This document shows, one piece after another, positions 51,655 to 64,000 of a stretch of 64,000 nucleotides of DNA (its first letter is position 1; every line of letters begins with the position of its first letter). The notes beneath the pieces are model-generated. The model saw nothing but the letters and a program-made list of their open reading frames with translations, was not told the origin of the DNA and ran no database searches. Source of the DNA: Octopus sinensis (taxonomy: Eukaryota); the NCBI RefSeq assembly GCF_006345805.1, contig NC_043024.1, positions 6,138,001-6,202,000 on the forward strand, in the 5' to 3' direction. The position numbers and the translations under genes are program-made.

Positions 51655-52539
51655 TATGACGGGTGTCTTTCAGTTTCTGTCTACCAAATCCACTGACAAG
51701 GCTTTGGCCAGCCCGGGGCTATAGTAGAAGGCATTCATCTAAGGTGCCACACAGTAGAACTGAACACAAGACCACATAGGTGGGAAGAAAAAAAAGAAAC
51801 AAAAACGTGAACAGATTATTTAAATGCCTCATGAGCTAATTTTGCTCTGCAGTTTCTTTTTATGTTATTCCAGCCAGATTTCAAATAACTGCTTGGCCCT
51901 TTGCCATCCACACCTATTAAATATGTTTATGGATATTGCTAATGACGAAAGCGAAGACTTACATAACGAGCTTATATAATTCGACCTTGCCGCATCATCA
52001 GTCATGTTCTTCTACTCCCCAATAACATAATGTTGTCTCCGTATTTTAATCCCGACAAGGATTTTTTAACTGAAAATGTGTTTTAGCCATTTAACGCAAC
52101 CCATTACCTCCCAGGCTCCACTATAACTTGGTTAAAAACAACTTTATTTTTAATATTTTATCGCAATTATCTAATACAAAAGAGTCTACTGATAACTCTT
52201 CTATTAAGTATTGAGTATCGACTTCTCATAATTATATACTTTCCTTAAAGAAATATCCACAACAGGGCATTAGAATAGCTCTATACTATAGCAAACAGTC
52301 TTCACACAGTCTGCTTTGCTGGAAGGATTGGTTTGGCTACGCTGAGTATAGGTGGAATATGTTTGCTGAGAAAGAAAAGATTTTCACATTTCCATGTCTT
52401 ACTAAAAATGAAAGAAAGAGAATTTTGGAATCCTATGCCCCATCACAGTTTTCCTAAGCCCCATTATAACTTTCCAGAAAAATATTTGTCCTCATCAGCA
52501 GCTGGAGAAAAACCCAACTTTATTTTTAATATTTCATAA

Positions 52540-53225
52540 CACTGGGCAACAAAATTAAATGTATTATAGTCATTATGAATGCAAACCAACATTTTTAGAC
52601 TAATTTTTGAAACTGATTTCAAAATTTCACTCTTTTTATAAGCAGTACATATCAGTTTTCAGCAGATACATGCAAATATTTACATATTTGTATATGTGAA
52701 ATCCTTAACGTAATAAATAAGGACATTATTTTTAGAAAGTAAATGAGTTTATTGAATTACAAATCCTCATAATCATTCTACAAAGAGTGAATACACAAAA
52801 AATGGGTTTGATAAAACGAAGTTAGAAGAACAGAGAAACATTGGGATTTGGATTTCCTGCAGTGTTCCTGATCTGGTTATCACGGTAAAATGTCCAGCAG
52901 TTGTCAGCCAGCATACTGTCATTCCAGAAGCCTTGGTACTGTTTCTCCATAGCTCTAATGTCCTGGTGAAATCTTTCACCATCTTCATCAGGCACTGCTC
53001 CAAAGTTATCTGTGAAGAAATCCAGATGGGAGTCCAAGAAGTGAACTTTCAATGACATACGACAACCCATTGCTGAGTCACATTTCAGAAGATTCTTGAT
53101 GCCATCCTTGGAGTCCATTGCCTTCTTGTTGCCCAAGAAATTCTCAGATCCAATTGGATACATTCCAGGCAGGCAGTTCCAGTTCATCTAGTGTTGTCTT
53201 GAAGTTGACATCTTTGAGTACCATT
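52540..53225 (-). mobile_element. Chapaev3-like (CMC) DNA transposon 3' end
   Basis: SLKVHFLDSHLDFFTDNFGAVPDEDGERFHQDI..MEKQYQGFW...MLADNCW; terminus CACTGGGCAAC at 52540. Family assigned from memory of the motif. Confidence 0.6.
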
Positions 53226-53229
53226 GCTT

Positions 53230-53375
53230 TATGCCTCATGGGAATATCTGGAAGACATTCTCTCACGGCTGACAATTATGTGGTCGATGCCTTCTGTCTT
53301 CTGTCTTGCAAAGCCGACATTTCTTGTCTGTCATTGTTCTCTGCCTTTTATGCTGTAGACACTTGGTAGGGATCA
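53230..53375 (-). mobile_element. R4/Dong-like LINE zinc-knuckle fragment
   Basis: PTKCLQHKR...DKKCRLCKTE..IDHII. Confidence 0.5.
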
Positions 53376-53409
53376 TGTATGTATGTATGTATGCATGTGT
53401 GTATGTATC

Positions 53410-53945
53410 ACAAAGGCTATCTCGGGATAATCTACGGTTATTCACCAAAAGACAGAGTGTCTAATGTCGACCTGTTCAGCGAGAGCTTCCTTAAGCAGTC
53501 GCAATTGCGTTGGGCTGGCCACGTCGCCAGAATGAGCGATGAAAGAATACCCAAAGTCCTGATGTACAGCCATGTTGGCCAACCATGGCTCAGATTTAAG
53601 ATCAAGCTAAAGAGTAACCTCTGAGCAGTCAATACAGCTCAAAACACCTCTGAGCAAACAGCCGTGGAACGGACAAAATGAAGATCGTCGTGTCAAAATG
53701 GTATAAGGGACTTTGCTTCAACCAGTATTAACAGGGTTAAGAGTGCAAGGGAAAGAAGAAAAGTGGCTGCAAATATACGGCCTGCACTAACTCTTGATCC
53801 TCATACTTGTAATAGTTGCAGGTTTCTTTGCTAATCATTGGCGGGACTCAACAAAAATCACATTCAACATCAGCATTATGACTGACAAAGAAAGTGTAGG
53901 TTGTCGGATCCTCATACGTCGAAATCGACGGGAGAGTCCATCATG
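53410..53945 (+). mobile_element. RTE-clade LINE 3' fragment
   Basis: LKQSQLRWAGHVARMSDERIPKVLMY..GQPWLRFK..LK; terminal CxxC; tail cgtcgaaatcgacgggagagtccatcat. Confidence 0.85.
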
Positions 53946-55262
53946 TATGTATGGTGGGGTCGTCGGCGACTAAACTGGCGCCCCACTAGTGAGGAGGCTT
54001 GCTAAAAACACAGTAGGACTAAGAACATAATCTATCAAAGATCTCAAAGTAATTAAGGCACTCACGTTGTCACATCGCAACAAGGAACGAACCTTGTGAT
54101 AAGACTGAACCTTGTGATAGGGGTTTAATCAAACGAAATCGCACCCGCTAAAAAATATTCAGGGGTTCAAAGCGCTAAATATTTTGTTTCTAAGAATAAA
54201 GGAAAAACACTGTAACACCCGTTAAACATCCAGCGCCTGCTTACATCTATAGAACCTTTAATGACATTTACCACCCTCTTGCTTGCTCTGAGCGCCCATC
54301 CTTACAAGGAGGGGCCGCAGTAGGGGTTAACAACCGTTGATCTAAACCTAGTTGTTCATAACAATCAAGATATGCTTATTTACGTAAATCTAGAACAACA
54401 GGAAAAGAAAAATGCAAATTTTTAGTTGTTTTTGTGGATCTCTGCCTGGTTCAGCCGTACTCTTTTGGGGAGGAGGAAAGGGCAATATATGTGTGTGTGT
54501 GTGTGTGTATGTGTGTGGGGGGTTGCCTAGACCTGTAAGGGGTTCCTTCTCCTCGCACCCTAAACACTTGCTTTATTTTGTTTGATGGTTAATCCGGGTC
54601 TGAACACGCGCATTCAGAAACCTCCCTCTCTCGCTCACATACGCATACACACGCACACACTACATACATTCACACACATTCACACACATGCACGAAAACG
54701 CAAGCACACACACACACACTCACTTTCACATTAAACCTTCCTTTTAAGCCTCTCCCCCTTTCCTCTCCCTCACCACTCCTTCAGTCCTTCTCTCACCTAT
54801 ACCCCTACTTAACTTACACACTCAAACACACACACATCCTGTCTCCACCCCATTTCATTTCTACTCTCTGCTCCACTTAGAAATTGCATCGCGAACCACC
54901 ACCACCACCACCACCACCACCACCACCACCACCACCACCACCACCACCACCACCACTACAAATGCCGCCGCCGTCACTATCACCACCACCACCATCATCC
55001 GCCCCGCCGCCATATTAAACTAAGGACCTCCTAAACGTACCCCCCACGCCACTAACTCCGAGTGGTACCATAACAATAGGAAGATGAGCTTCGTATCCGG
55101 CTTTCTCACGCTGGGAACATCTTTTATTTCTGTTACGTGCCATACGCTACCACCTACACCACCACAGCCACCACCACCACCTTCACCAAACACCGCCAGC
55201 ACAATCACCCTCTTTCCCACCACTGTCGCCACCTTGCCTTCACTGTCGTCATCGTCGTCATA

Positions 55263-55330
<68 letters not shown>

Positions 55331-55915
55331 AATCATCATCATCATTATCATCATCATCATCATTATCATCATCATCGGTGTTAATGCACATGAGACAAAA
55401 GTTATCAACATCGCTATAGATTTGGCCCAATCAGATCTTTTCAATTTGATGACCAGATTTTTAATTAATTTTCTTTTTAACTAAACACTTTGAAACTTCG
55501 GATACTGGTAGAATTTGTCACACGGGACAGGATTTACTCTTAACGTTTTTGACAAAATGTTGTATTTTAGAAGTTATTTCGTGTTAAAGTTGTCGTATTT
55601 GGGTAATTTTAACCAATCAATGACGTGTATTCAGCTGAAGAAAATTACTGCTGTTTGCGAACAACAACTTCCGGGTCCACTCCCCTAACAAAACCCTTTT
55701 TTGATAACCAGAGATGTTTTTATAGCAACATAGGTTTGCTGTATCAGGGTTGATTTGAGGTTAGATAACAACAAAATTATTACTGAGACAGACCAACGAC
55801 AGAGCCTGTATGTGGTTGCATGACCTGCTAGAAAAAATAGCCAAACGTTTTTTATATACAGAATTTATCTGTCAGCCTGTCTGTCTTCCTACCTACTTGT
55901 CTGTCTATCTGTCTG

Positions 55916-55992
<77 letters not shown>

Positions 55993-56451
55993 TTACTCTT
56001 TTACTTGTTTCAGTCATTTGACTTCGGCCATGCTGGAGCACCGCCTTTAGTCGAACAAATCGACCCCAGGACTTATTCTTTGTAAGCCTTACTGTCTGTC
56101 TTCCTACCTAATCACCACGTCCAAATTTTGCAAACCATATTTGAAGAGTCGGTTCACCTCCAGTATCTTCACCATAAACTCCACAAATGATTTTTACACG
56201 TTTCTGCAGCAAGCATTACGTGGTGAATGTGCAGCTTTTGCTTATCAATTTCAAATGGCGATTTAGGGCTGAAAAGAGTAAAATATATGCTGATTTTTAA
56301 CGTGGAACTTAGCTGATAGGTTTCAATTCAGCAAGCAATTCTGAAATATGAGTAATATTAAGATTAGGATTGTTACCAGGAGGATTTAAAGACACAAACT
56401 CGGAAATTGTTCAGAGCCTTCCGGAAAACCTGATACATTGAAATAATAACT

Positions 56452-56621
56452 GATGGATTTTGGTTCACTACAGCTGTTTCGAACATGCTTTTTTTTATTG
56501 ATGCACAGGATTGTTACATCATGTAAAAAAAGAACCTTTTTTTGTTGCATGATGTAACACTTCTGTTCATCAATAAAAAAAAAACACTCCCGAAACAGCT
56601 ATAGTGAACCACAATCCATCT
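56452..56621. repeat. Foldback (about 70-bp arms) with decayed hammerhead 3' halves
   Basis: gatggattttggttcactacagctgtttc...gttacatcatg versus catgatgtaac...gaaacagctatagtgaaccacaatccatc. Confidence 0.75.
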
Positions 56622-56814
56622 ATTGCTATTATTTATTCTTCACCAAACTAGGCGCAGGCACATGGTTCCGGGTTCAGTCCCACTGCATGGCACCTTGAGC
56701 AAATGTCTTCTAATATAGCTTCGGGCCGACCGAAAGGTTGTAAGTGGATTTAGTAGACGGAAACTGAAAGAAGCCTGTTGTATGGAGTTCAGTCTCACCA
56801 CATGGCACCTTGAG

Positions 56815-57106
56815 CACGTGTCTGAATCACTCGTAAACTTGTGTGCGGCTCATACATTCCTCTCCATACACTTTCTGTAATTTTGTGTAGCCCTCTGAGC
56901 AGGTATCACCATGGTCAATGCGATGATCACACGCTACACACCTTCCTTCGCAGCACTGCTGTAAACAGCAGAAGTGAACTAGAATGTTGAAACTTAGTGC
57001 ACATGCACAGCAGAGGCCAAGATCAATCTTTGCCAAGCGGCTTCACTCTGCGTTCTGTAGCTTCATTACTATGGCAACAATGCGGATACTTATTAATCAG
57101 ACCTCG
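56815..57106 (-). mobile_element. mariner 5' fragment (different subfamily)
   Basis: TA|CGAGGTCTGATTAATAAGTATCCG TIR; LQKVYGEECMSRTQVYE HTH. Confidence 0.75.
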
Positions 57107-57349
57107 TATATATTATTATTATTATTATTATTATTAGAGTATTGTAGTTCGCTTGAAGCATTGTGTATTGTTTGTAAAGACTAAAAAGTTTTGAATGGTA
57201 CAACAATGTACTATAATACAGACAATGGGCTATAAAGAACTGTTGTAATTTAGTCATCCAAAGTCTGATGTACTATTTCGGAAAAATACTCCTTCTTCAG
57301 ATATTCTTAGATGAAGTCGCTGCTATAATCGGTTTTCTAACGGCTTTTC

Positions 57350-57421
<72 letters not shown>

Positions 57422-57711
57422 TACTTATAGTAGTGTAGAATGCAGTTTCACCGTTTTTGTAGTTTACCAATATCACGTACTCGCTTGGGTTGAAGGCGAA
57501 TCACCTAGCCAGTCCACAATTTATATGCTCATAGCTAGTAAAATCATGAGCTAGTTTGCTCGGAAATTGCATCCCTAAGAGAAAATGGGTTCAAGGGTGA
57601 GTTATCTCGCCTGTCCATTACTCTCAGGTGTTCTATCACCGGCGACAGAGAGTTACATACTCCGCTACGCCATTGCAGCCACCGGAGGATACACAAAACA
57701 TATACATTATG

Positions 57712-58058
57712 ATACTCTTTTACTCTTTATCCTTTTACTTGTTTCAGTCATTTGGCGGCGACCATGCCGGAGCACCGCCTTTAGTCGAGCAAGTCGACCC
57801 CAGGACGTATTCTTTGTAAGCCTAGTATTTATTCTATCGGTCACTTTTGCCGAACCGCTAAGTTACGGGGGCGTAAACACACCAGCAACGGTTGTCAAGC
57901 GATGTTGGGGGGACAAACACATACACACAAACATACACACACATACATACATACATACATACATATACATACATACATACATACATACATATACATACAT
58001 ACATACATACGTACGTACATACGTACGTACATACATACATACATATATACATACACAC

Positions 58059-58089
<31 letters not shown>

Positions 58090-58308
58090 CATACATACAT
58101 ACATACGTACGTACATACGTACGTACATACATACATACATATATACATACATACATACATACACACATATACATACATAATACATAATACATACATACAC
58201 ATATATACGACTCACAAGGACACTTGCCCAAGGCGCCACGCGTGTGACTGAACCCAGAACCATGTGGTTGGTAAGCAAGCTACTTACCACGCAGCCACTC
58301 CTACGCCT
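57712..58308 (-). mobile_element. SINE family A with expanded internal (TACA)n
   Basis: Head and tail are separated by about 285 bp of microsatellite (57920-58205). Confidence 0.82.
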
Positions 58309-59188
58309 ATGTATTCAATAACATTTATTACACTAGAGCTGCTTCTACCTCATGTGTGTAAGTGTATGTGCGTGTGTGTGTGTGCAAGTGCATGTATGTG
58401 TGTGTATGATCAAAGACATTCCAATGTGATTATCTATCCTCCAGTCTAAGGTGTGAACTACCTTATCCATCATGTCCTTCCTTTTCACGAGACAATAGTA
58501 TGTGGTTTAAGGTAGATTTGGCTGCCTTTTCTAGCATGTCGAGATTGTTTAGCTAACCCCACCAAATCTGTTCTTTTGAAAATAGGTTTTTCAGGGATGG
58601 CATCTGAGAGGTATGGAAGAGGTGGGTTTAAAGAGGATGAACTGAGGGCTGGGGCGTTGGTTCCGGTGGGGTGTGGCAGTACTTCTGTATGGATATTTAA
58701 TGGGTGGGGAAGGGTGGAGACGTGGAAAAAAGAAATAAGCGTTCTCTTCTGTTCTGCAAATCTCTTTTAGGGAACTTCGCACCATCACCACCACTCCCAT
58801 CATCATCACCACCACTCCCATCACACCCATCATCAATACCACCACTCCCCCCTACCCCCCACCACTGTCACCACATGCACAAACACAAGGACGCTTGCAC
58901 TCACGCACGTGTACAATGGGCTTCTTTCAGTTTCCATTTACAAGATTTGGGTCAGCCTAAGATGTCATACCGTAGGAACGACCCTGGAACCATATGGTTG
59001 GGAAGCAAGCTTCTAACCACTCAGCCACTCCTGAGCCTTCATTATAATTTATATGTAACTCACTTATTAATCCAATTAAATTAATTAAAAACAACTGACA
59101 TCAACAAATTAGAAGTAATAATGAAAAAAAATGTCATTAACGAAGCACGTTCGTAGAATTGGCGGAGATGGTGGTGGTGGTGGTGGTG

Positions 59189-59239
<51 letters not shown>

Positions 59240-59490
59240 GTAGTAGTAGTAGTAGTAGTTATCGTTGTTATGGTCGTGGTTGTGTTTGTTGTTGTGTTGA
59301 TTGTATTTGTTGTTGTTGTTACTGTAGCTAATATTGTGTGTGTCTGTCTGTCAGTTTGTCTTCCACTCTCCTATAATCGCGTGAAGTGTTATACTTGGCG
59401 CTGGGGAGTAGAAGAGTTTTGCTTTGACGGGTTTCCACTTGTTCAAGGAAAGAAAGATCACAGCACTTTCCTATATCATCGACGCATCTA

Positions 59491-59609
<119 letters not shown>

Positions 59610-60011
59610 GTCTTGCTCGCTTACGTTCAGGCGTTTGCTAAATTTTCTTGAGAACATTCCTTTGTTAGTGGTAAGACCATAGCGGGTCTTCTTCTAGCAT
59701 AATGGATGTCCGCTTACAGGTCATTCCACTTATATGTATGTAATATCTATCTATTTAGATAATACTCAAATACCAAAGGTAGAGTAATACATAGAGGTAC
59801 ATACTTATTGCAGCAGTTCTTCAATTTTTCAAAGCCTTGTAAAAGAACTCGGAAGGTTGGGCTTCTAGCAACAATTGCAGCGTGGAAGACGTTTTTAAGC
59901 CATTCAAGAACACCCAAAAAGTTAGTTTCACTTCAACATTTAAATTTCATTTGTGTGAAAATATTTTCATCGCTGACAAAACTTCGTACAGCATCACTTT
60001 CGTGAAGTTTT

Positions 60012-60056
60012 GTCAGTGAGCAGGTCGCGGTTTCAAAGCGACGAAAATATTCTGAC
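60012..60056 (+). ncRNA. Minimal type-I hammerhead with G3:C8 swapped core, in foldback 59870-60193
   Basis: GTCA GTGAGCA G GTCGC GGTTTCAAA GCGAC GAAA ATATT C^ TGAC. Confidence 0.7.
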
Positions 60057-61194
60057 GCAAATAAAATTAAAATTTTGAAGCGAAACTGTTTTTGTGTATT
60101 GTTGAATGGCTTACAAGCATCTACGCTGCAATTGTTTTTGTTTCAGCTCACGATCCCAGATCAAGTCACTTGCTCTGCAAGTACATCTCCGTAATTCTTT
60201 AAATCACTGTGGATAAATGCCAGCAATAACCTTCTCAGGCTCTCCAATATTTTAATTTCTAAACAGAAACAGTCATGGGTAAGGAATTTTCTTTTTTATA
60301 GCATATAAATGTATTTATGGGGGGAAATATTGAAAAAAATATCAATACATGCGAGAGTGATAAAGAAACGAGGCGGGTGGTCTTTGGATGTGCTAGAAAC
60401 AACAGCCAAATTGCCATTAAATCGCTCACTTTTCCCTCTGAATATATTAAGAATTTTTTTGTTGTTTTTTTTTTTCACCGAAAAGGCTCCTTCCGTGGTT
60501 TTCAAGTTAAAAATGAAAATGGCCAAAATCGTTCCGGATAATAATTATTGTAAGGCTTATAGCGTTCCAAACTGCTATAACAAGAGAATCACTTTAAAAT
60601 GTTTTTTTACAAAAATTATACGGATACTTAAAAAAATTTCATTCAATAAATAATGTTTTGACATTACGTATATTAATAGAATAAACTGTCGGTTTTCCAA
60701 ATAGTGAATTAAAACTTGAAATAAAAACATTAAAAGAGAAAATGAGGGACTCATGGAATACTCCGCAGTGAACGCAATGTATATTTAAATTTGTGAAGAA
60801 CTGGACGTAGTGAATGCAATGAATATTTAAATTTGCGAGAAATTGAAGTTAAAAGATTCAATAAACTTGCGAAATCGAAATTATAGGAAATTTCTTAGAA
60901 CATGAATTTATAAAAAATTTTATAAAAATATTTCCAGACGGTCAACGCTTTAACAATTGCTTTCTTTTAGTATTTTTAGTAATTGTTAAATACATTTTTT
61001 TTTTGTTTTTTTTTTTCACCGAAATGGCTCCTTCCATGGTTTTTGAGTTAAAAATAAAAATGGCTAAAATCGGTCCGGATAATTATTGTAAGGCTTATAG
61101 CGTTCGAAACAGCTATAACAAGAGAATCACTTTAAAATGTTTTTTTTATAAGAAATTAATTAACAAGCAGCTTTCTCCATTATATATATCTCTC

Positions 61195-61620
61195 TCTATA
61201 TATAAAATTGAGAATGTGTGTCTGTCTGTCTGTGTGTTTCCCTAAAACTTGAGAACTACACAACCAATTTCATTCAAATTTTACACATGCCTTACTTAGG
61301 GTCCGGGGAGCGTCATCGGCAAAAAAAGTTTTTAACTTTTTGCCTAGGGCGAGCCCACAGCAATATCATATCTTCTCCACTACGATTCCCTAAACTTGAG
61401 AACTACACAATCAATTTCATTCAAATTTTACACATGACTTACTTAGGGCCCATGTAGTTTCATGGGCAAAAAAAATGTTCAACTTCTTGCCTAGGGCGAG
61501 CCCATAGCAATATCATATCTTCTCCACTATTTCAGTATTACGTGTTAAAAGTGAAACAAAAACATTTCTCTATTTTATGTCAGATACTTTCACTTTAACA
61601 ATAGAAATTAGAGATAATAA
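61195..61620 (+). mobile_element. Helitron-like non-autonomous element 5' part with internal duplication of about 145 bp
   Basis: tctatatataaaattgagaatgtgtgtctgtctgt...gagaactacacaaccaatttcattcaaattttacacatg (repeated twice). Confidence 0.55.
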
Positions 61621-61687
61621 TAACAATTGAATTATATGTAGTAAGTAATAATTAAAATCAAACTAAAGTATAATATAATCGTAACAT

Positions 61688-61945
61688 AAGAACCTAAGAG
61701 ACCTGCATGGGGTGGATGCAGATGTCTTTAAAATGAAACTGGATCTCTTCCTGTCAGGTATCCCAGATGAACCAACTTCACGGCAGGAGGTGCAGATGAG
61801 GGCAGCTGCATCGAACTCTCTCATGCACCAAATGGCAGTTGCTAAAAAGCATTCGTGAAGTAAAACCATGTAGCAACACCAAATGGTGGTGCCCCAGCAT
61901 GGCCACAGCTCGTGAGCTGAAACTAGAATCAATCAATCAATCAAT
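61688..61945 (+). mobile_element. CR1-clade LINE 3' end
   Basis: LRDLHGVDADVFKMKLDLFLSGIPDEPT..RAAASNSLMHQ*; tail ggtgccccagcatggccacagctc..gctgaaac then (AATC)n. Confidence 0.75.
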
Positions 61946-62491
61946 AACAAAAGTAAAAATAGCAATTGGTATAAAATTGCATCAATGACTTGAACTTGAA
62001 TAAGTGGTTTCACATGAATGGGAATAAATTAAAAATAAAATTATTGTGCAGAAATGGAAGTCCAGATGGAGCTGTGCACATACCGTTTACCACGGTTTTT
62101 ACATTAGATTATCTGCTAATTAGCTAGCATTAAGTATCTATATGAAGTTTGGCTGTATGTAATGTCTGTTTTCTCGAACAGCCACTTCTGCTGAGTACTG
62201 CTGTTGGTTTATTTCTTATACATAAAGGACTATAGTTTCAACTGCGTACTGCTTTTAATTCACCATAAGGTTTGTTGTTATTATTGTTACTGTTTAACTA
62301 TTGTTATCACGTTTGTTGGTTCCTCGTAAGGGAAACGTTGTTGTGTTGCATTTGTTAAATAATTGTATACTGTAACCCCCCCCCCCATTTTGGGAGAAGG
62401 AGCTTTGGTTATTGTTTAAAAATTGAATTGTGTCCCTGTTTGGGGAAATTGACTATATTTTCACCGTTTATACGGAAACATTTTTGTTAGA

Positions 62492-63085
62492 ATGCCTTCG
62501 ATAGAAAAAAGTCTAAAAATGAATTTCGCTGCAGCCGTCGGCGGGCGCGAACTCATTAAAATTAAAATAGAAGAAATACAAACCTATTTCGGATTGATCA
62601 CCGACAAAGACGGTGAATCTAGGATAACACCACCAAACGAAATAAAAAATTAAATTAAAGAAAAGACTATTGTCTATAAAGTATACAATGTAGAGAAAAA
62701 AAAAAGATTTGAACACCTGGAGGAAAGCACCATCGAAAAGTGTCTTGGCGCGACTATGAAAGATATCTAACCAGAGGCGGTAAATTCGCCACAATAGAAG
62801 CAAGGTTCGAGTCAACGGAGCGTGCAAGGGAATACTCGATTCGAACCTTGCAAAGTGGAAATATTTTACTTTTACCTTTACTTTCGTGCGTACATATATA
62901 CATACGTACGTACACACATTTAAAACACACATACACACACGTTCATTTACGAGTATACGTAGTTAGGCAGTTGGCGGATAAAAATTAAAAATGTCCCCCC
63001 AGAAGTAGAGGTAGGCTGGATTGTAACCACACTTCTATACAAGAGGGAGGACAAGATACAATTGATCGAAATTGCAAGAGACGGG
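62492..63085 (+). mobile_element. Probable LINE ORF1 5' fragment (decayed)
   Basis: MPSIEKSLKMNFAAAV...FATIEARFESTERAREY... then KNVPPEVEVGWIV. Contains a stop, a frameshift and a microsatellite insertion; clade uncertain. Confidence 0.4.
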
Positions 63086-63347
63086 CCTACAATTCCAGTC
63101 TGTTATATATTTTGAGTATTGTTATCACTAGCGATATCAAGATATAACTTTGTATTTTGTATTTTATGTGTAGATTTATATATATAGATGTACATGTAAT
63201 ATGTACACATACATATATACACATATATACATGCATTAGCACTATGACCCGGCAACGACGGGTCATAATGCTAGTATATGTGTGTGTGTGTGTGTGTGTA
63301 TGTGTGTATGTATGTATATATTATATATATATATGTATATAGATGTA

Positions 63348-63397
<50 letters not shown>

Positions 63398-64000
63398 ATA
63401 TACATACATAAATGTAGATTAAAACAGAACTGCTTATCCTAGCACCACCACCACCACCACCACCACCACACCACCACCACCACCACCACCAATATCACCG
63501 TATCCTCCCCACCACCTACTTTCACTCTTTTTACTTCAACTTTCATTATTGTTTACCATCAGCGGTGGTGATGGCGGTGGTCATGATGTTTGAATGTGGT
63601 AGCGGTTATATGCGACTTGCTGAACCATCTGTTGGCATACCACATGTTCTTTCATGAGATTTCTCCTTCTTTGGAGTCGCTGTTTCAAGATCACACTCAC
63701 ATGCACCCCCCTCTCTCTCTCACTCATGTATGTGTATATATATTTGTATGAGTGTGTGCGTATACAACTGCACCCAAGAAAAGAAATCATAGTACGTCAT
63801 GTGGAGTGTATATTTCTGTAGTTTAGCAGCCACTGACGCCCACGATCATTACTCTGAGTTTCATTGACACACAGACACGTGTTTAATCTTCCAGACAAAA
63901 CACTTCCTCTGCTTGTTGGAAAGATTTGGCATGTGTTTGCATGCGACAACTGCCTAACTACGTATATTCGTATATGAATGTGTGTGTATGTGTGTTTTAA

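Noticed and set aside
58560-58780. Possible additional Penelope thumb fragment (EICRTEENAY) on the minus strand
   Set aside because: Too short and degraded to assign by eye.

Overview
AT-rich, microsatellite-saturated animal genomic DNA, most likely an octopus. This is inferred from the SINE families and the (TA)n/(CA)n/(TAA)n density; no database was searched. Only one host protein-coding gene is supported: a two-coding-exon unorthodox aquaporin (AQP11/12-like, + strand, CDS join 24886..25525,30611..30891, 306 aa, GT-AG phase-1 intron of 5085 bp). Its first NPA box is lost (aligned triplet SVP) and its second is NPT. Nearly all other ORFs in the track are microsatellite or repeat artefacts. 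The rest is a transposon graveyard: several tRNA-type SINE families, mariner, pogo/Tigger, hAT, Chapaev3-like, Helitron-like, CR1-, RTE- and R4/Dong-like LINE fragments, and two kinds of Penelope-like (GIY-YIG) retroelement fragment. The most striking unannotated signal is about 15 minimal type-I hammerhead ribozyme motifs from at least five short repeat families. They include a fully canonical one antisense in the aquaporin intron, variants with compensatory swaps of the core 3:8 pair (G3:C8, A3:U8), a family-wide A6U variant, and ribozymes arranged as inverted pairs in long foldbacks. All base pairings were read by eye and repeat boundaries are approximate unless TIRs or TSDs are quoted.
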